NCBI GenBank assembly: GCA_030648155.1
Contig: JAUSIK010000016.1
Coordinates: 242,961-306,960 of the forward strand
Direction of reading: 5' to 3'
Length of the DNA: 64,000 bases
From: Nanobdellota archaeon
GTDB lineage: Archaea; Nanobdellota; Nanobdellia; Pacearchaeales; GW2011-AR1
In this document: piece after piece, positions 19,939-30,100 of the stretch
Position numbering within the stretch: position 1 is the first letter of the stretch
How the letters are laid out: each line of letters begins with the position of its first letter
Position numbers and translations under genes: made by a program
Notes under the pieces: generated by a model
What the model was told of the DNA's origin: nothing
Databases searched by the model: none
Seen by the model: only the letters and a program-made list of their open reading frames with translations

Positions 19939-20640
19939 ATGGAAAATGTTTTGAAAAGGATTTTTTCTGGAAAAAGCGACGATGATATGCATAATGAATT
20001 TATTAAATTTAGCAGGGGGATCTTTGCAAATAGATATTTGCTATATGGGAAAAAACAGAAGGACAAGTGGACAATTAAAACTGGGTGCGAATTTGCTAAT
20101 TTTTTAGTAAGAAGATGTTTAGAAAAATCTGAAGGAGAGATAAGCGCTACTGGTATTATAGTATATACGGGGAGTTTAGGTGATTCGAAAATTCCTATTG
20201 AAAGAGTTAAACAATTCATGGGGATTAAACAATATGTAATAAACTCTAAAGTTAAGGTTTCAGATGTGCTGGAAGCCATGGATAAGTATCCTAAAGCTTT
20301 CTTCGCTTTGACATTTTCTATCCCTACTGCTGAACTAAAAATTAAAGCAAAGGCACCTAAGAGTTCTAAGCCCTCTACAAAAGGAGATGCAGAAGTTAAA
20401 GCTGATTTTTGCTCATTGAAAACTACTAATAAAGAGTTAGTTGAGGACTTATTTTTTGATTTTCCACAATTTAATGAAATTAAAATTAAACATATATTGG
20501 ATATTGAAAAAGTAATTATTCCTACTAATATTAGCGATCCTGTAAAGATGAGGGAAATGTCAAAAAGAAAGGGTAAAATAATAAGAGATATTACTGTTGA
20601 TGGTAAAACTGAAAAGAAAGAAGTGAGTTTTGAGGCTTAG
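19939..20640 (+). CDS. Hypothetical protein
   Basis: Long ORF with normal composition; no motif recognised. Confidence 0.75.
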   Translation: MENVLKRIFSGKSDDDMHNEFIKFSRGIFANRYLLYGKKQKDKWTIKTGCEFANFLVRRCLEKSEGEISATGIIVYTGSLGDSKIPIERVKQFMGIKQYVINSKVKVSDVLEAMDKYPKAFFALTFSIPTAELKIKAKAPKSSKPSTKGDAEVKADFCSLKTTNKELVEDLFFDFPQFNEIKIKHILDIEKVIIPTNISDPVKMREMSKRKGKIIRDITVDGKTEKKEVSFEA

Positions 20641-20649
20641 ATTAGAAGA

Positions 20650-20687
20650 TTGTTAAGATGTGAGATATCTTGTCCCATAGGATAGTT
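20650..20687 (-). repeat. 38-bp half-site S5, inverted partner of S6
   Basis: Reverse complement AACTATCCTATGGGACAAGATATCTCACATCTTAACAA matches S6 at about 23/38; sits between convergent genes. Confidence 0.45.
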
Positions 20688-20692
20688 TATCT

Positions 20693-21253
20693 TTAGAATT
20701 CGCGTAAAACCTCATTTATTTCAGAAACTCCATCTTCTTGAGTAAAGTGTCCTTTATCTTTTAAAATTATCACTTTTGCCCCCAGTTTATTTCTAAATAA
20801 TGTTTCGTTTTCTTTTAAATAATTGTAAGGTTCATTACTTGATAAAAAGACAACTAATTTGTCTATCTTTTGTTTAATTATATTCAAATCAATAGAAGTT
20901 TCTGTCCAAGGTTTTGCAATCTCCTCAACTTCTGTATCTTCTAAGTTCCCTAACTTAAACCATCCTGCTACAAAAACAACTTTAGGTATTTTTATATTGG
21001 ATTTTTCTTTTTCTAAAAATCGCATTATAGTTTGACAACCAATACTGTGTCCAACAAAATAAGTTTTTTCATCCAATTTACCGACTACCTGACTTAAATG
21101 TGAAACCCAGTTTTTAATATCTGGTTCTGAAGTGTTAGGCATCTCAGGAACTATTACTTTGTATTTTTTGTTTTCTAATTCCTTTTTCAGCCAAGGATAC
21201 CAGTTTATTTTAGGATTATAATCCCAACCATGGATTATAAAGACTCTTTTCAT
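20693..21253 (-). CDS. Alpha/beta hydrolase, RBBP9/YdeN family
   Basis: IIHGW, NWYPWL, VGHSIG, GHF. Confidence 0.9.
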   Translation of the reverse strand: MKRVFIIHGWDYNPKINWYPWLKKELENKKYKVIVPEMPNTSEPDIKNWVSHLSQVVGKLDEKTYFVGHSIGCQTIMRFLEKEKSNIKIPKVVFVAGWFKLGNLEDTEVEEIAKPWTETSIDLNIIKQKIDKLVVFLSSNEPYNYLKENETLFRNKLGAKVIILKDKGHFTQEDGVSEINEVLREF

Positions 21254-21289
21254 AAATTATTATATTTACGCTTTTTTATTAATCTATCT

Positions 21290-21327
21290 AACTATATTAT
21301 GAGACACTTTAGTCGCCCAATTTACAA
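21290..21327 (+). repeat. 38-bp half-site S6
   Basis: AACTATATTATGAGACACTTTAGTCGCCCAATTTACAA resembles the left halves of S2 and S4. Confidence 0.45.
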
Positions 21328-21348
21328 ATATTATCTTTTTCCGCCTTA

Positions 21349-21849
21349 TTAAGTCGAGGAAGGAGAAGGAGAAACTGAAGGGGATGTACTGGCAGTTTGT
21401 GCTGGACTTGCTGTTGGCTTAGGTGTTTGTGACAGAGTTGGCTGTTGTGCTGGACTTTGTGTTAAAGTTGGCCCTGTACTTGATGTTGGCGATGGTGATG
21501 ATGTTCTTGTTGCAGTTGGAGTTGGAGTTGAACCGCAAAATTCTTTTAATACTCCACCATTATCCCCCATTGTATCCATTAAATTATCAATATCTGCTTG
21601 AGTATATACATTTCCTTGAACGTCTTTAAACTGGCCTTTGCATATTTCTTTTCCTATAGATTGATAAACCGAAAGTATATTATTTTTTCCTATCCCTTGA
21701 TCTAAAGGGCTTAAACCAATATCTTTTTGCGAGAAGATTAGATAAACAGCAATTAAAGCCACAACAATAACGACGGCAATTAATATCCATTTAAGGTTTG
21801 ATTTAGAATTGTAATTCCTTGAAGAAACTTTCATCGCTCTCTTTTTCAT
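21349..21849 (-). CDS. Single-TM surface protein with Ser/Thr/Pro-rich tail
   Basis: TM helix, GLSP, low-complexity S/T/P C-terminus. Confidence 0.7.
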   Translation of the reverse strand: MKKRAMKVSSRNYNSKSNLKWILIAVVIVVALIAVYLIFSQKDIGLSPLDQGIGKNNILSVYQSIGKEICKGQFKDVQGNVYTQADIDNLMDTMGDNGGVLKEFCGSTPTPTATRTSSPSPTSSTGPTLTQSPAQQPTLSQTPKPTASPAQTASTSPSVSPSPSST

Positions 21850-21953
21850 TGAAATGGTAATTTAATTTTATTTATATAGTTTTGCTTTTGTTTTTTTATA
21901 TCTAGAAGAAAGATATAAATACCAATAGTTGCTATTTCATTTGAGTTTGAAAA

Positions 21954-24164
21954 ATGGGTGATAAAAAAATATTTGTTTTTTTAGGATTGGTATTAATTGG
22001 AATTTTTTTGATTAATGGTGTTCTGGCACAGGCAGATATCTGTACTGAAGAGAGCGCGCCATTATTTACATCAAGCCAAAAAATATATTTGAATGAACCT
22101 TTAAATATTGCTAAAACTCTTTTAGGCGAAGCGGATTTACCTAAATTACTTAAGAGAGGCAAATTTTCTGGCAATGTTGAAGCTGAATATTCACACATAA
22201 TAGAAATAGGTTCGAATCCAAAGGTAGTTTATGCAAAGCAACCTACTAGTTCTGATGATCCCTCATTTGGACTAAAACTAAGCACAAGCAGGGGAAGCAA
22301 TTTCTATAATGCCACTATAGTATTTAACAAAGCTGTTGACTTTACAAGTTCTGATTCTATTGGAGAAAAAATTAATTTATTTGGCAAAAATTTCGTTGTT
22401 TCATCAGAAACAAATTCAGATCGATTGGTTTTATATAGAGACGGTTTATTTATTGCCCTTACTAATACTGAACCAGTTAAAAATGTAGAAATTGAAGGAA
22501 AAGAGTTTAGTATTGAATTGGTATCTGCAACCGCCTCTTCTGCAACAATCAAAGTAACAAGAGAAGGTGCATCAGATACAAAAGAAGTCAGTGAAGATAG
22601 CTCAAAAATAATTCATGGTTTAATCGTGAATGTTAAAAGTGCTGATGAAAATAATTTGGCAATAAGTGCTAATGTGATAGTTGGAACGGAGAAGATAACT
22701 TTGCCAACTTTCTCTGGAAATTCTGTTACAAAAGGCAATGATGAGATTTTACTGGAGGGGACAAGTGTTAACATGGATGGAGGGAGTACTGCAAATACAA
22801 GAATTAATATTGGAATATATGCACCAAATTCAGATAATGACGCCCTTACGTTAATAGGCAAATCTCCAGGTGAAAATATATTTTTTGATCCAATATTCGG
22901 AACTTTCAAAGTTGATTTTGCTAACTTTAATATTTGGGTGGGAAGTGAAGAGAGAGAAAATATCATTGTAGCAAACAAAGATGATGATAAAATGTCAGTC
23001 ACTTTTACAGAACACAGAGGAAATGAAAAAAACTTTCAATGGGCGGGAAGTACAACTGGAAATATTATTGAATTAGTGGCTGATATAGATGGAAGAAGAA
23101 TCCATGTTGTGGAAGGAGAAAAAATATTAAGAAATGAACTAGCCGTTATTGGCAACGAAGACGAAAGTTATCTTATAAAGGTTTCAACAGTTGTAAACCA
23201 AACAGGTACGGCTGATGATAGAGTAGAGTTTACAGATGTCTTTTCAGGAGATGTTTACCGGTCTTCAGGAGTTTCAACTGATGGAATTGCTTCTGTAGTT
23301 GTCGGAGGTAAATCTTACACTGTTCATTATGCTGGAACTTCATCAGATGATTTTAACAGCGTAATAATTGATTTCCCTGATTCTCCACAAGCCGGCAGTT
23401 TTGCAATATACCCAACTATACAGACATCTAAAGGGGCTAAAGTTGCATTATATGCAAATAGGACTCTAGATGTCAGAATTACTAAGGAATTGAAGTTCCC
23501 TAATGGAAACGGTTATACTGATGTTAAATTCACTAGTAAAGGAAATGATGTTTGGAATATTGCTGGTGGGGGTATTAATGAGGACTTAAATATAAGGGAT
23601 TATGATGATTTTGTTTCTATAAACGCGGGCGAATTAAAATATAGAATAAAGCCAGGAGGCTATTTGAATGAAATTGCTGTATCTATTGAAAATCCTAAGA
23701 ATGGAAATCCTATTAACTCCGCAGCATTAATTATCTTTGAAGAAAGAGACGATAAGGGAATTTATAATGGAATGGTAGTTACTTTAGAGCCTGGCGATAC
23801 TGGTGATGACGGCATTGGTGTTGATCAAATTCTTAGAACATGGACAAAAGACGCTGAATGGGATGCTATTACGCTTGCAAGCGACAATACAAAAACAAAT
23901 GAAGCAGATAGATGGGGTACGATAGGTTTAATAGATTCTACTGATGCAGATCAGAGGAAAGCTGTTATTAGTTATCCAGCCGAGCAAGTTTTTGCAAATA
24001 TTTATTTGAATAGTGAGGTTTGTTCAGTAGTAGATGAAGAACCTGAAGAAAATCAATGTTTGAGGGGAGATGTAAATAACGATGGTGAAATAGATTTGAG
24101 TGATGTGATTTATCTTCTGATTTATTTATTTAAAGGTGGCCCTGCACCTGTTGCCTGCCTTTAA
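21954..24164 (+). CDS. S-layer-like secreted protein with C-terminal dockerin-like repeat
   Basis: Signal peptide, acidic beta-rich body, ISYPAEQVFA, RGDVNNDGEIDLSDVIYLLIYLFKGG. Confidence 0.7.
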   Translation: MGDKKIFVFLGLVLIGIFLINGVLAQADICTEESAPLFTSSQKIYLNEPLNIAKTLLGEADLPKLLKRGKFSGNVEAEYSHIIEIGSNPKVVYAKQPTSSDDPSFGLKLSTSRGSNFYNATIVFNKAVDFTSSDSIGEKINLFGKNFVVSSETNSDRLVLYRDGLFIALTNTEPVKNVEIEGKEFSIELVSATASSATIKVTREGASDTKEVSEDSSKIIHGLIVNVKSADENNLAISANVIVGTEKITLPTFSGNSVTKGNDEILLEGTSVNMDGGSTANTRINIGIYAPNSDNDALTLIGKSPGENIFFDPIFGTFKVDFANFNIWVGSEERENIIVANKDDDKMSVTFTEHRGNEKNFQWAGSTTGNIIELVADIDGRRIHVVEGEKILRNELAVIGNEDESYLIKVSTVVNQTGTADDRVEFTDVFSGDVYRSSGVSTDGIASVVVGGKSYTVHYAGTSSDDFNSVIIDFPDSPQAGSFAIYPTIQTSKGAKVALYANRTLDVRITKELKFPNGNGYTDVKFTSKGNDVWNIAGGGINEDLNIRDYDDFVSINAGELKYRIKPGGYLNEIAVSIENPKNGNPINSAALIIFEERDDKGIYNGMVVTLEPGDTGDDGIGVDQILRTWTKDAEWDAITLASDNTKTNEADRWGTIGLIDSTDADQRKAVISYPAEQVFANIYLNSEVCSVVDEEPEENQCLRGDVNNDGEIDLSDVIYLLIYLFKGGPAPVACL

Positions 24165-24493
24165 TTAGATTCATTAAAAACTTTGTTTTCAGCACCTTTC
24201 ATTAAATTCCAATCTAATTTTATTAATTGCTGTACTGCTGGATTTTTTGTATTAAGTTTAAAAAGATCCGATTTTCCGACTCTTCGCGTTTTTATTACTA
24301 TACTATTATTTACTAGTTTATCCCAAAAAATTTGCAATGTTGAATAGCTAACTCCTGAATTTTTTGCTATTTCTGTTAATGGGTAATCGAAATCTGCAAA
24401 AGTTATTAGAAAATCTAAGACTTTTATTATAGGATTGCTCCCAAATATTTCTACAAATAAACTATTGTTATCGAGACCGTTTTTGTGTGTCAT
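24161..24493 (-). CDS. Winged-helix transcriptional regulator
   Basis: KVLDFL...LTEIAKNSGVSYSTL...TRRVGKSDLFKLN. Confidence 0.8.
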   Translation of the reverse strand: MTHKNGLDNNSLFVEIFGSNPIIKVLDFLITFADFDYPLTEIAKNSGVSYSTLQIFWDKLVNNSIVIKTRRVGKSDLFKLNTKNPAVQQLIKLDWNLMKGAENKVFNESN

Positions 24494-24612
24494 GGTATTT
24501 TTGGTTCTCTTTTCTTGTTTTATCAATATAATGAAATTTATAAATGTTTCTCTTTATATTTTTATATTGCAAAATTAGAAATATTTAAATAAGGATTTGA
24601 TTTAGAGAATTA

Positions 24613-24885
24613 ATGAAGCTTAATCCAGATATAATAAAAGGAAGACTTCTTTATCATTTAAGAAGAAAGAGAGTTATAGGAGGGGTTTATACACATTTTG
24701 ATACCTTAACTAAAGGATTCCCTTCTCACTTAGGAAAAGAAGTAAAAAGTATTGCAATGAACTTAATAAAAGAAGGTTTACTAATTTCTAAACCTACCTC
24801 GTATGGATTGCAAGTTTCGTTAAATAAAGAAAGAATTAGGGAGATTGAAGAATTTATTTTTAAAGTATTAGAATTCAAATTTTAA
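24613..24885 (+). CDS. Small hypothetical protein
   Basis: 90-aa ORF, TATA-like TTTAAA about 25 nt upstream, divergent from the wHTH gene. Confidence 0.7.
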   Translation: MKLNPDIIKGRLLYHLRRKRVIGGVYTHFDTLTKGFPSHLGKEVKSIAMNLIKEGLLISKPTSYGLQVSLNKERIREIEEFIFKVLEFKF

Positions 24886-25436
24886 TACTCAATACCTTTT
24901 CTAGCCATTATACCTGAATCATAGGGATGTTTGTGTTTTCTAACTTCTGTAACTAGGTCTGCTAACTCAAATATATTAGGAAAAGGAATGTGAGAGCCTG
25001 TTAATATTAGTTCTTTATTTTTTGGCTTTGATTTTATTAATTCTATAACTTGATTTTCTTCTAATAGGCCTAATTGAACTGCATAAAGAATTTCATCGGC
25101 AATTATAATATCATAGTCTTGTAAAAGTGAGTGTATTAAATATGTGAATGCCTCATTTACTTTCTCTATGTGATGGGGTTTCGGCTTACCGATTACCCAA
25201 GACCCTGTTCCAAATCTTGTAAAGGAAAAGTTATTGAACTTTTCTAAGGCGCGAATTTCTCCTGGATAGTCTATTTCTGCGTCGCCAGTGCCATTTTTCA
25301 TGAATTGGACTAGGTGAACTTTATATCCATTTCCACAGGCCCTTAGGGCTGTTCCAAGGGCTGACGTCGTTTTTCCTTTACCATTGCCCCAGAAAATTTG
25401 AACCTGGCCTAATTGCGACTTATCAAGCTGATGCAT
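24882..25436 (-). CDS. cobO: Cob(I)yrinic acid a,c-diamide adenosyltransferase (CobO/BtuR family)
   Basis: GNGKGKTTSALG, VQFMK, DEI, ELILTG, ADLVTE, KHPY..GI.ARKGIEY. Confidence 0.92.
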   Translation of the reverse strand: MHQLDKSQLGQVQIFWGNGKGKTTSALGTALRACGNGYKVHLVQFMKNGTGDAEIDYPGEIRALEKFNNFSFTRFGTGSWVIGKPKPHHIEKVNEAFTYLIHSLLQDYDIIIADEILYAVQLGLLEENQVIELIKSKPKNKELILTGSHIPFPNIFELADLVTEVRKHKHPYDSGIMARKGIEY

Positions 25437-25690
25437 TTTTCAGAATCTCCTGATTTTTCACAATAACTTGGATTTTTGGTATAAATCGCCAGCTCTAAAA
25501 AGCACTGCTGTTGGTATTTTATTAAAGAAATTTTATTGCAAAAAGATGAATCTTTTGAATCTATTGCATTTTTAATTAATTTTTTACTTTGAGAAACTTC
25601 TATTAGTTTTGGCACGAATATAATTATAGATAAAAGAAATAAAAATAATATGAATACCATGATCAAATTAATAAGTTCTTTATTCATCAT
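25409..25690 (-). CDS. Small membrane-anchored Cys-containing protein
   Basis: TM helix then D.S.C.KI......C....A C-repeat. Confidence 0.65.
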   Translation of the reverse strand: MMNKELINLIMVFILFLFLLSIIIFVPKLIEVSQSKKLIKNAIDSKDSSFCNKISLIKYQQQCFLELAIYTKNPSYCEKSGDSEKCISLISRN

Positions 25691-25795
25691 ATGGATATTC
25701 AGATTTGAATGTTTAAATTTGTTTCTAGGAAGTATTTAAATATTCATATGTCTAATGATTTGATGAATAATCTTAATAATAAAAGGTGTAATGAT

Positions 25796-25984
25796 ATGAA
25801 TGTTCATAATGAGAAAATATTAGAATATATTAAGAAAAATAGGGTTGTAACAAGTTCTGAAATTGCAAAATTGCTTAAAATATCATGGAACACTGCGGAC
25901 AGTTACCTTAAGGATTTGGTTATAGATGGAAAAATTGAAAGAATAAAAAAAGAAGGGGTGAATTTATGGATGAAAAAAGAATAG
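25796..25984 (+). CDS. Small HTH protein
   Basis: ILEYIK..TSSEIAKLLKISWNTADSYLKDL; AGGTG upstream of ATG 25796. Confidence 0.8.
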   Translation: MNVHNEKILEYIKKNRVVTSSEIAKLLKISWNTADSYLKDLVIDGKIERIKKEGVNLWMKKE

Positions 25985-26742
25985 AAAAAAAAGGGCAGGC
26001 TACAATATGGGTTATTGTTGCTATATCTTTAGTAGCCGTAATTATTTTATTATTTATTTTTAGAGGAAAAGTCGTCAAAACAGATTTAATTGATAGTGTA
26101 GAAGAGAATCCTGGCTCATTTATTGATAATTGCGCTCGAAATGCTGTAAACGAAGTTGTTGACATTATCCTTCCCAAAGGAGGTTTTGTCAATCCTTCAC
26201 ACACTAAAATGCATAAGGGAGAAAATATTAGCTATTTATGCTTTAATGCTGGAAATTATAACCCCTGCATTAATGAGCATCCTCTTTATTTAACAGAAAT
26301 AAAGAGAGAAGTAGAAACTTATATAACTCCAAAAATAGAAGAATGCTTTGAGACATATAAACTAGAAATGGAAAAGAGGGGTTCAATTGTTGAAATTGGA
26401 ATTATGGATGTCGATGTAGAATTGGTTCCTGATAGGGTTTTTGTTTTGATTCAAAGAAAGGTTAATATTGAGTCTAGAGAACAAAGTTATTCTTACAATA
26501 ATTTTGATGTGGAAATTATTAGTCCGCTATATAATTTAGGAAGAATTGGTGCAGAAATTGCAAGCCAAGAGGCAGAATACTGCTACTTTGAGTATGTAGG
26601 GTATATGATATTATATCCTAAATTTAAAATTGGCAGGGATATAACTTCTGATTCCACAAAGATATATTCTATTAAAGACAAAAAGTCTGGCAAAGAACTA
26701 AAAATAGCTATAAGGAGTTGTGCGATACCGCCTGGATTTTAA
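25966..26742 (+). CDS. Surface protein with class III (pilin-like) signal peptide
   Basis: KKGQ followed by a hydrophobic stretch; paralogue of 31004..31771. Confidence 0.7.
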   Translation: MDEKRIEKKGQATIWVIVAISLVAVIILLFIFRGKVVKTDLIDSVEENPGSFIDNCARNAVNEVVDIILPKGGFVNPSHTKMHKGENISYLCFNAGNYNPCINEHPLYLTEIKREVETYITPKIEECFETYKLEMEKRGSIVEIGIMDVDVELVPDRVFVLIQRKVNIESREQSYSYNNFDVEIISPLYNLGRIGAEIASQEAEYCYFEYVGYMILYPKFKIGRDITSDSTKIYSIKDKKSGKELKIAIRSCAIPPGF

Positions 26743-26743
26743 A

Positions 26744-27166
26744 ATGGACATAAAAATAAGGTTTGCTAAGAAAGATGATGCTCAAGGATTAGCAGAATTA
26801 GATAGAATAGCCCATAAAGAATTAGAAAATTGGGTGCCTAATAATAAAGCAGACTTTATGAAAATCATTAGAAAATTTAAAGATTCTCTTGTTGTAGCTA
26901 AAAAAGATAATAATATAATAGGTTATTTATCTTTACGCTTAGACAAAGACAGCGGATGGATATGGATAGAAAATATTTACATTATAAATAGTCTACGTAA
27001 AAAAGGGATTGCAAAAGATATGATAAAAAAAGCAACTCATTATTTGAGGAGGAAGCATTCAAGAAGAATAGTATTATTAACTCCAGATAGAAATTTAGCT
27101 ATCTTTTCTAAACTAGGATTTAAGAAAACAATGAATTTTATGGAATTTATAGGAGAGAGAAAATGA
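26744..27166 (+). CDS. GNAT family N-acetyltransferase
   Basis: IRFAKKDD, IENIYI..SLRKKGIA, FSKLGF. Confidence 0.85.
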   Translation: MDIKIRFAKKDDAQGLAELDRIAHKELENWVPNNKADFMKIIRKFKDSLVVAKKDNNIIGYLSLRLDKDSGWIWIENIYIINSLRKKGIAKDMIKKATHYLRRKHSRRIVLLTPDRNLAIFSKLGFKKTMNFMEFIGERK

Positions 27167-30100
27167 TAAAACACAAATTCAAATTATTTTTACAAATATT
27201 TCTATTGATAACCAGCATAATTGCATTTGCCGATATTATGAAAGAAGTACAGGCAGGGATGCCGTCGGCTAATATGCAGAATAAAAAAATAGGTTTAATG
27301 ACTATATTATTTTTGGCATTAAAAATAATAACCGTAACTTTATTCAATGAAAAAACATTAGTTTCTGCATTAAATTCTGATGATTTGCAAAAAGGAACTT
27401 ATACTTGTATTAAAAGCAAAGATGGGAGTTTGTGCCAGGAATATCCTGCCAGTGAATGCAATTCGAAATGTGATGGTCAATGCCTTCCAACTGGAAGAGA
27501 AAATGTTCAATCATGCCAAGTAGGAACTTGCTTTGATCCTGATTCAGGAATATGCCAAGAAAGATCTACAAGGGAGTCATGTGAAGTTAATGGGGGGCAA
27601 TGGTTTGACGATCCTGCTGGAAATGTTGCACAATGTCAGAAATCATGCTGTGTTGTGGGTGATGAGACCGTACCTTTGGTAACACTACGAGAATGCCAAA
27701 AGATTGAAGAAACAACAGGAGTTACAACTACGTTTAGGACTGATGCCAAAAATGAAATAGTTTGCTGGGCTCTAGGAAAAACAAAAGTTGAGGGGGCATG
27801 TGTTTTCGAATCAGATAATAAATGTCGATTTTTAACAAAAGGAGAATGCTACGGCAATGGTGGAGAATTTTTTGAAGGAATTTTATGCACTCATCCTGAT
27901 TTTAACATGGGATATGAAAAACAGGCTACTGCAAAATGTGTTGAAGGGAAGGATGAATTATATTGGTTTGACAGTGAGGGAAACAGGGAGAATATTTATG
28001 ATGGTAATAAAGTTAAAAGCTGGAATGATGGGAAAGTGTTGATAAAAGAAGAGTCTTGTGATATTTCCGAAGGAAATAATGCTCTCGGTAATCAGAAGAC
28101 ATGCGGAAATTGCAATTCTTTATTAGGGAGTGTTTGCGGACAAAAAACTGAAAAGGAAAAACTATCTGCGAATGGAATAGATGAAGTTTGTAGAGACACA
28201 AGATGCACTGATTCTAGTGGTAATTTAAGAGAGAATGGAGAATCTTGGTGTGAATATCAAGGAGATATTGGAGAGGACAAAGGGGCAAAAGGATTTTCAA
28301 GATCTGCTGATACTCCTGGAAGCAGACATTTCCGAGCTAGTTGTATCGATGGGGAGGTGCAAGTAAATGCATGCGCAGATTATAGAAATGAGGTTTGTAT
28401 AGAATCCCAATTAGAGAGGGGAGATGGAGAAAAGATCTCAAATTCTGCATGTGTAACAAATTTATGGCAATTATGTATAAACTATAATAGTGAAGTTAAA
28501 GGAAAAGGGGCTGAAAGAAAAGCACAGCTTGAAACTAGAAATGATAAATGTATAAAAAATCCTCACTGCATGCTTAAACAAGTTGATGTTGCTGATAATT
28601 TTAAATTTGATTTATGTGTTCCTAGATATGCACCTGGATTTGATTTAAAGAAAAATGCCGAGGGTGGTGAATTAAGCTGTGCGTTTGCCAATCAGAAATG
28701 CACTGTCTTTTTTGTTAAAGAATTAAGTGGATGGGAAGTGAAAGCTAATGAGGGATGCTTAAAGAATGGATTTGCTGAACAAATGAATGATATGTGCATG
28801 AGTTTAGGAGATTGCGGGGCTAGTGTTAATTATATGGGGGATTTAACTAAAAATTACAAAGTTAAGAATACTAAAAAATTAGATAAAGAATATTTGAACG
28901 ATATTAGTCAATATTCTGATACTGTCGAAGGAAAATATGCTACTATGAATGTTACTCAATATATTGATTCTGTAGGGGGACTGGAAAAGTCCGGTTTCAA
29001 AAAGAAAGATCCAAATTGTAATTTACCTGTAGGATGTGAGTTAGTTCCAGATACAGATGTTTTGCAAACTGCTGGAACGATTAGTGGGTTAGCGGGAAGT
29101 GCTTTACTATTATTAGCAGGAACTGATTTTGCAGCTGGATTTTTTGTTGCCATTCCAGGTTCTGGTGTGGCCTCTTTATCAGGAATTGCAGCACCTTTAG
29201 CAGGTGCAGCGATTGGATTTGCTGTTACTTCTCTTTTAATTCAACTTACAGGTATTGGGGGTGGATTAGATCCTGCAGTTACCTGGACATTAATTGCGGC
29301 TGGAACTGTTGGAGGAGCTATTATTGGGACTACTGTGATTGCGGCTGGAGGTTTAAAGGCGGCAGGAGCAACATGTGCGGCTGGAGGTGTCGGTTGTATT
29401 GTTGGGGTAGTTATCCTAATTGTAGTAGTCCTCATAATTGTTATATTCAAAGCCCTGGGAATTGGAGATACAAAGAAAAAAGTAGTTAGGTTCCAATGCC
29501 AGCCATGGCAACCAATTCTTGGAGGGGCTAAATGCGGAGAGTGCGGCAAAGATGGATATGACTGCAGTAGATATTCGTGCCATTCTTTAGGACAGACCTG
29601 CGAATTAATAAATGAGGGGACGAGTGATGAGAAATGTATTGACTTAAGTCCTAATGACGTGAGTGCTCCTATTATCTCCCCTTGGAAAGAGGCATTAAAC
29701 AGTGGATTCAAATATGAAGAAAATAATAATGGAATGAAAATAATAAGCAGTGAAGAAGACGGATGCATAAAATCATATGAGAATGTAATCTTTGGAATTA
29801 GTTTGAATGAGCCTGGATATTGCAAATATGATGTAAAAAATAATGTTGAGTTTGAAGAAATGGAATTTGATTTTGGAGATAGAAATTTATTCTTAACAAA
29901 TCACAGCCAGTTATTTGCTGTCCCTGATTTGTCTAGTTTAGGACTGCCAGGCTATGATCCTAATAGAAGAAGTGATTTTAGCCTCTACACTAGATGCATT
30001 GATGGGAATGGGAATGGAAAAGATTCTGCGGAATACGCAATTAATTTCTGTATTAAGCCTGGAGTCGATAAAACTCCCCCTATAATTGCTGGAAGAGAAC

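Noticed and set aside
29241..29825. 194-aa antisense ORF and similar short shadow ORFs
   Set aside because: Lies opposite a strong gene in a locally GC-richer segment; no independent coding evidence
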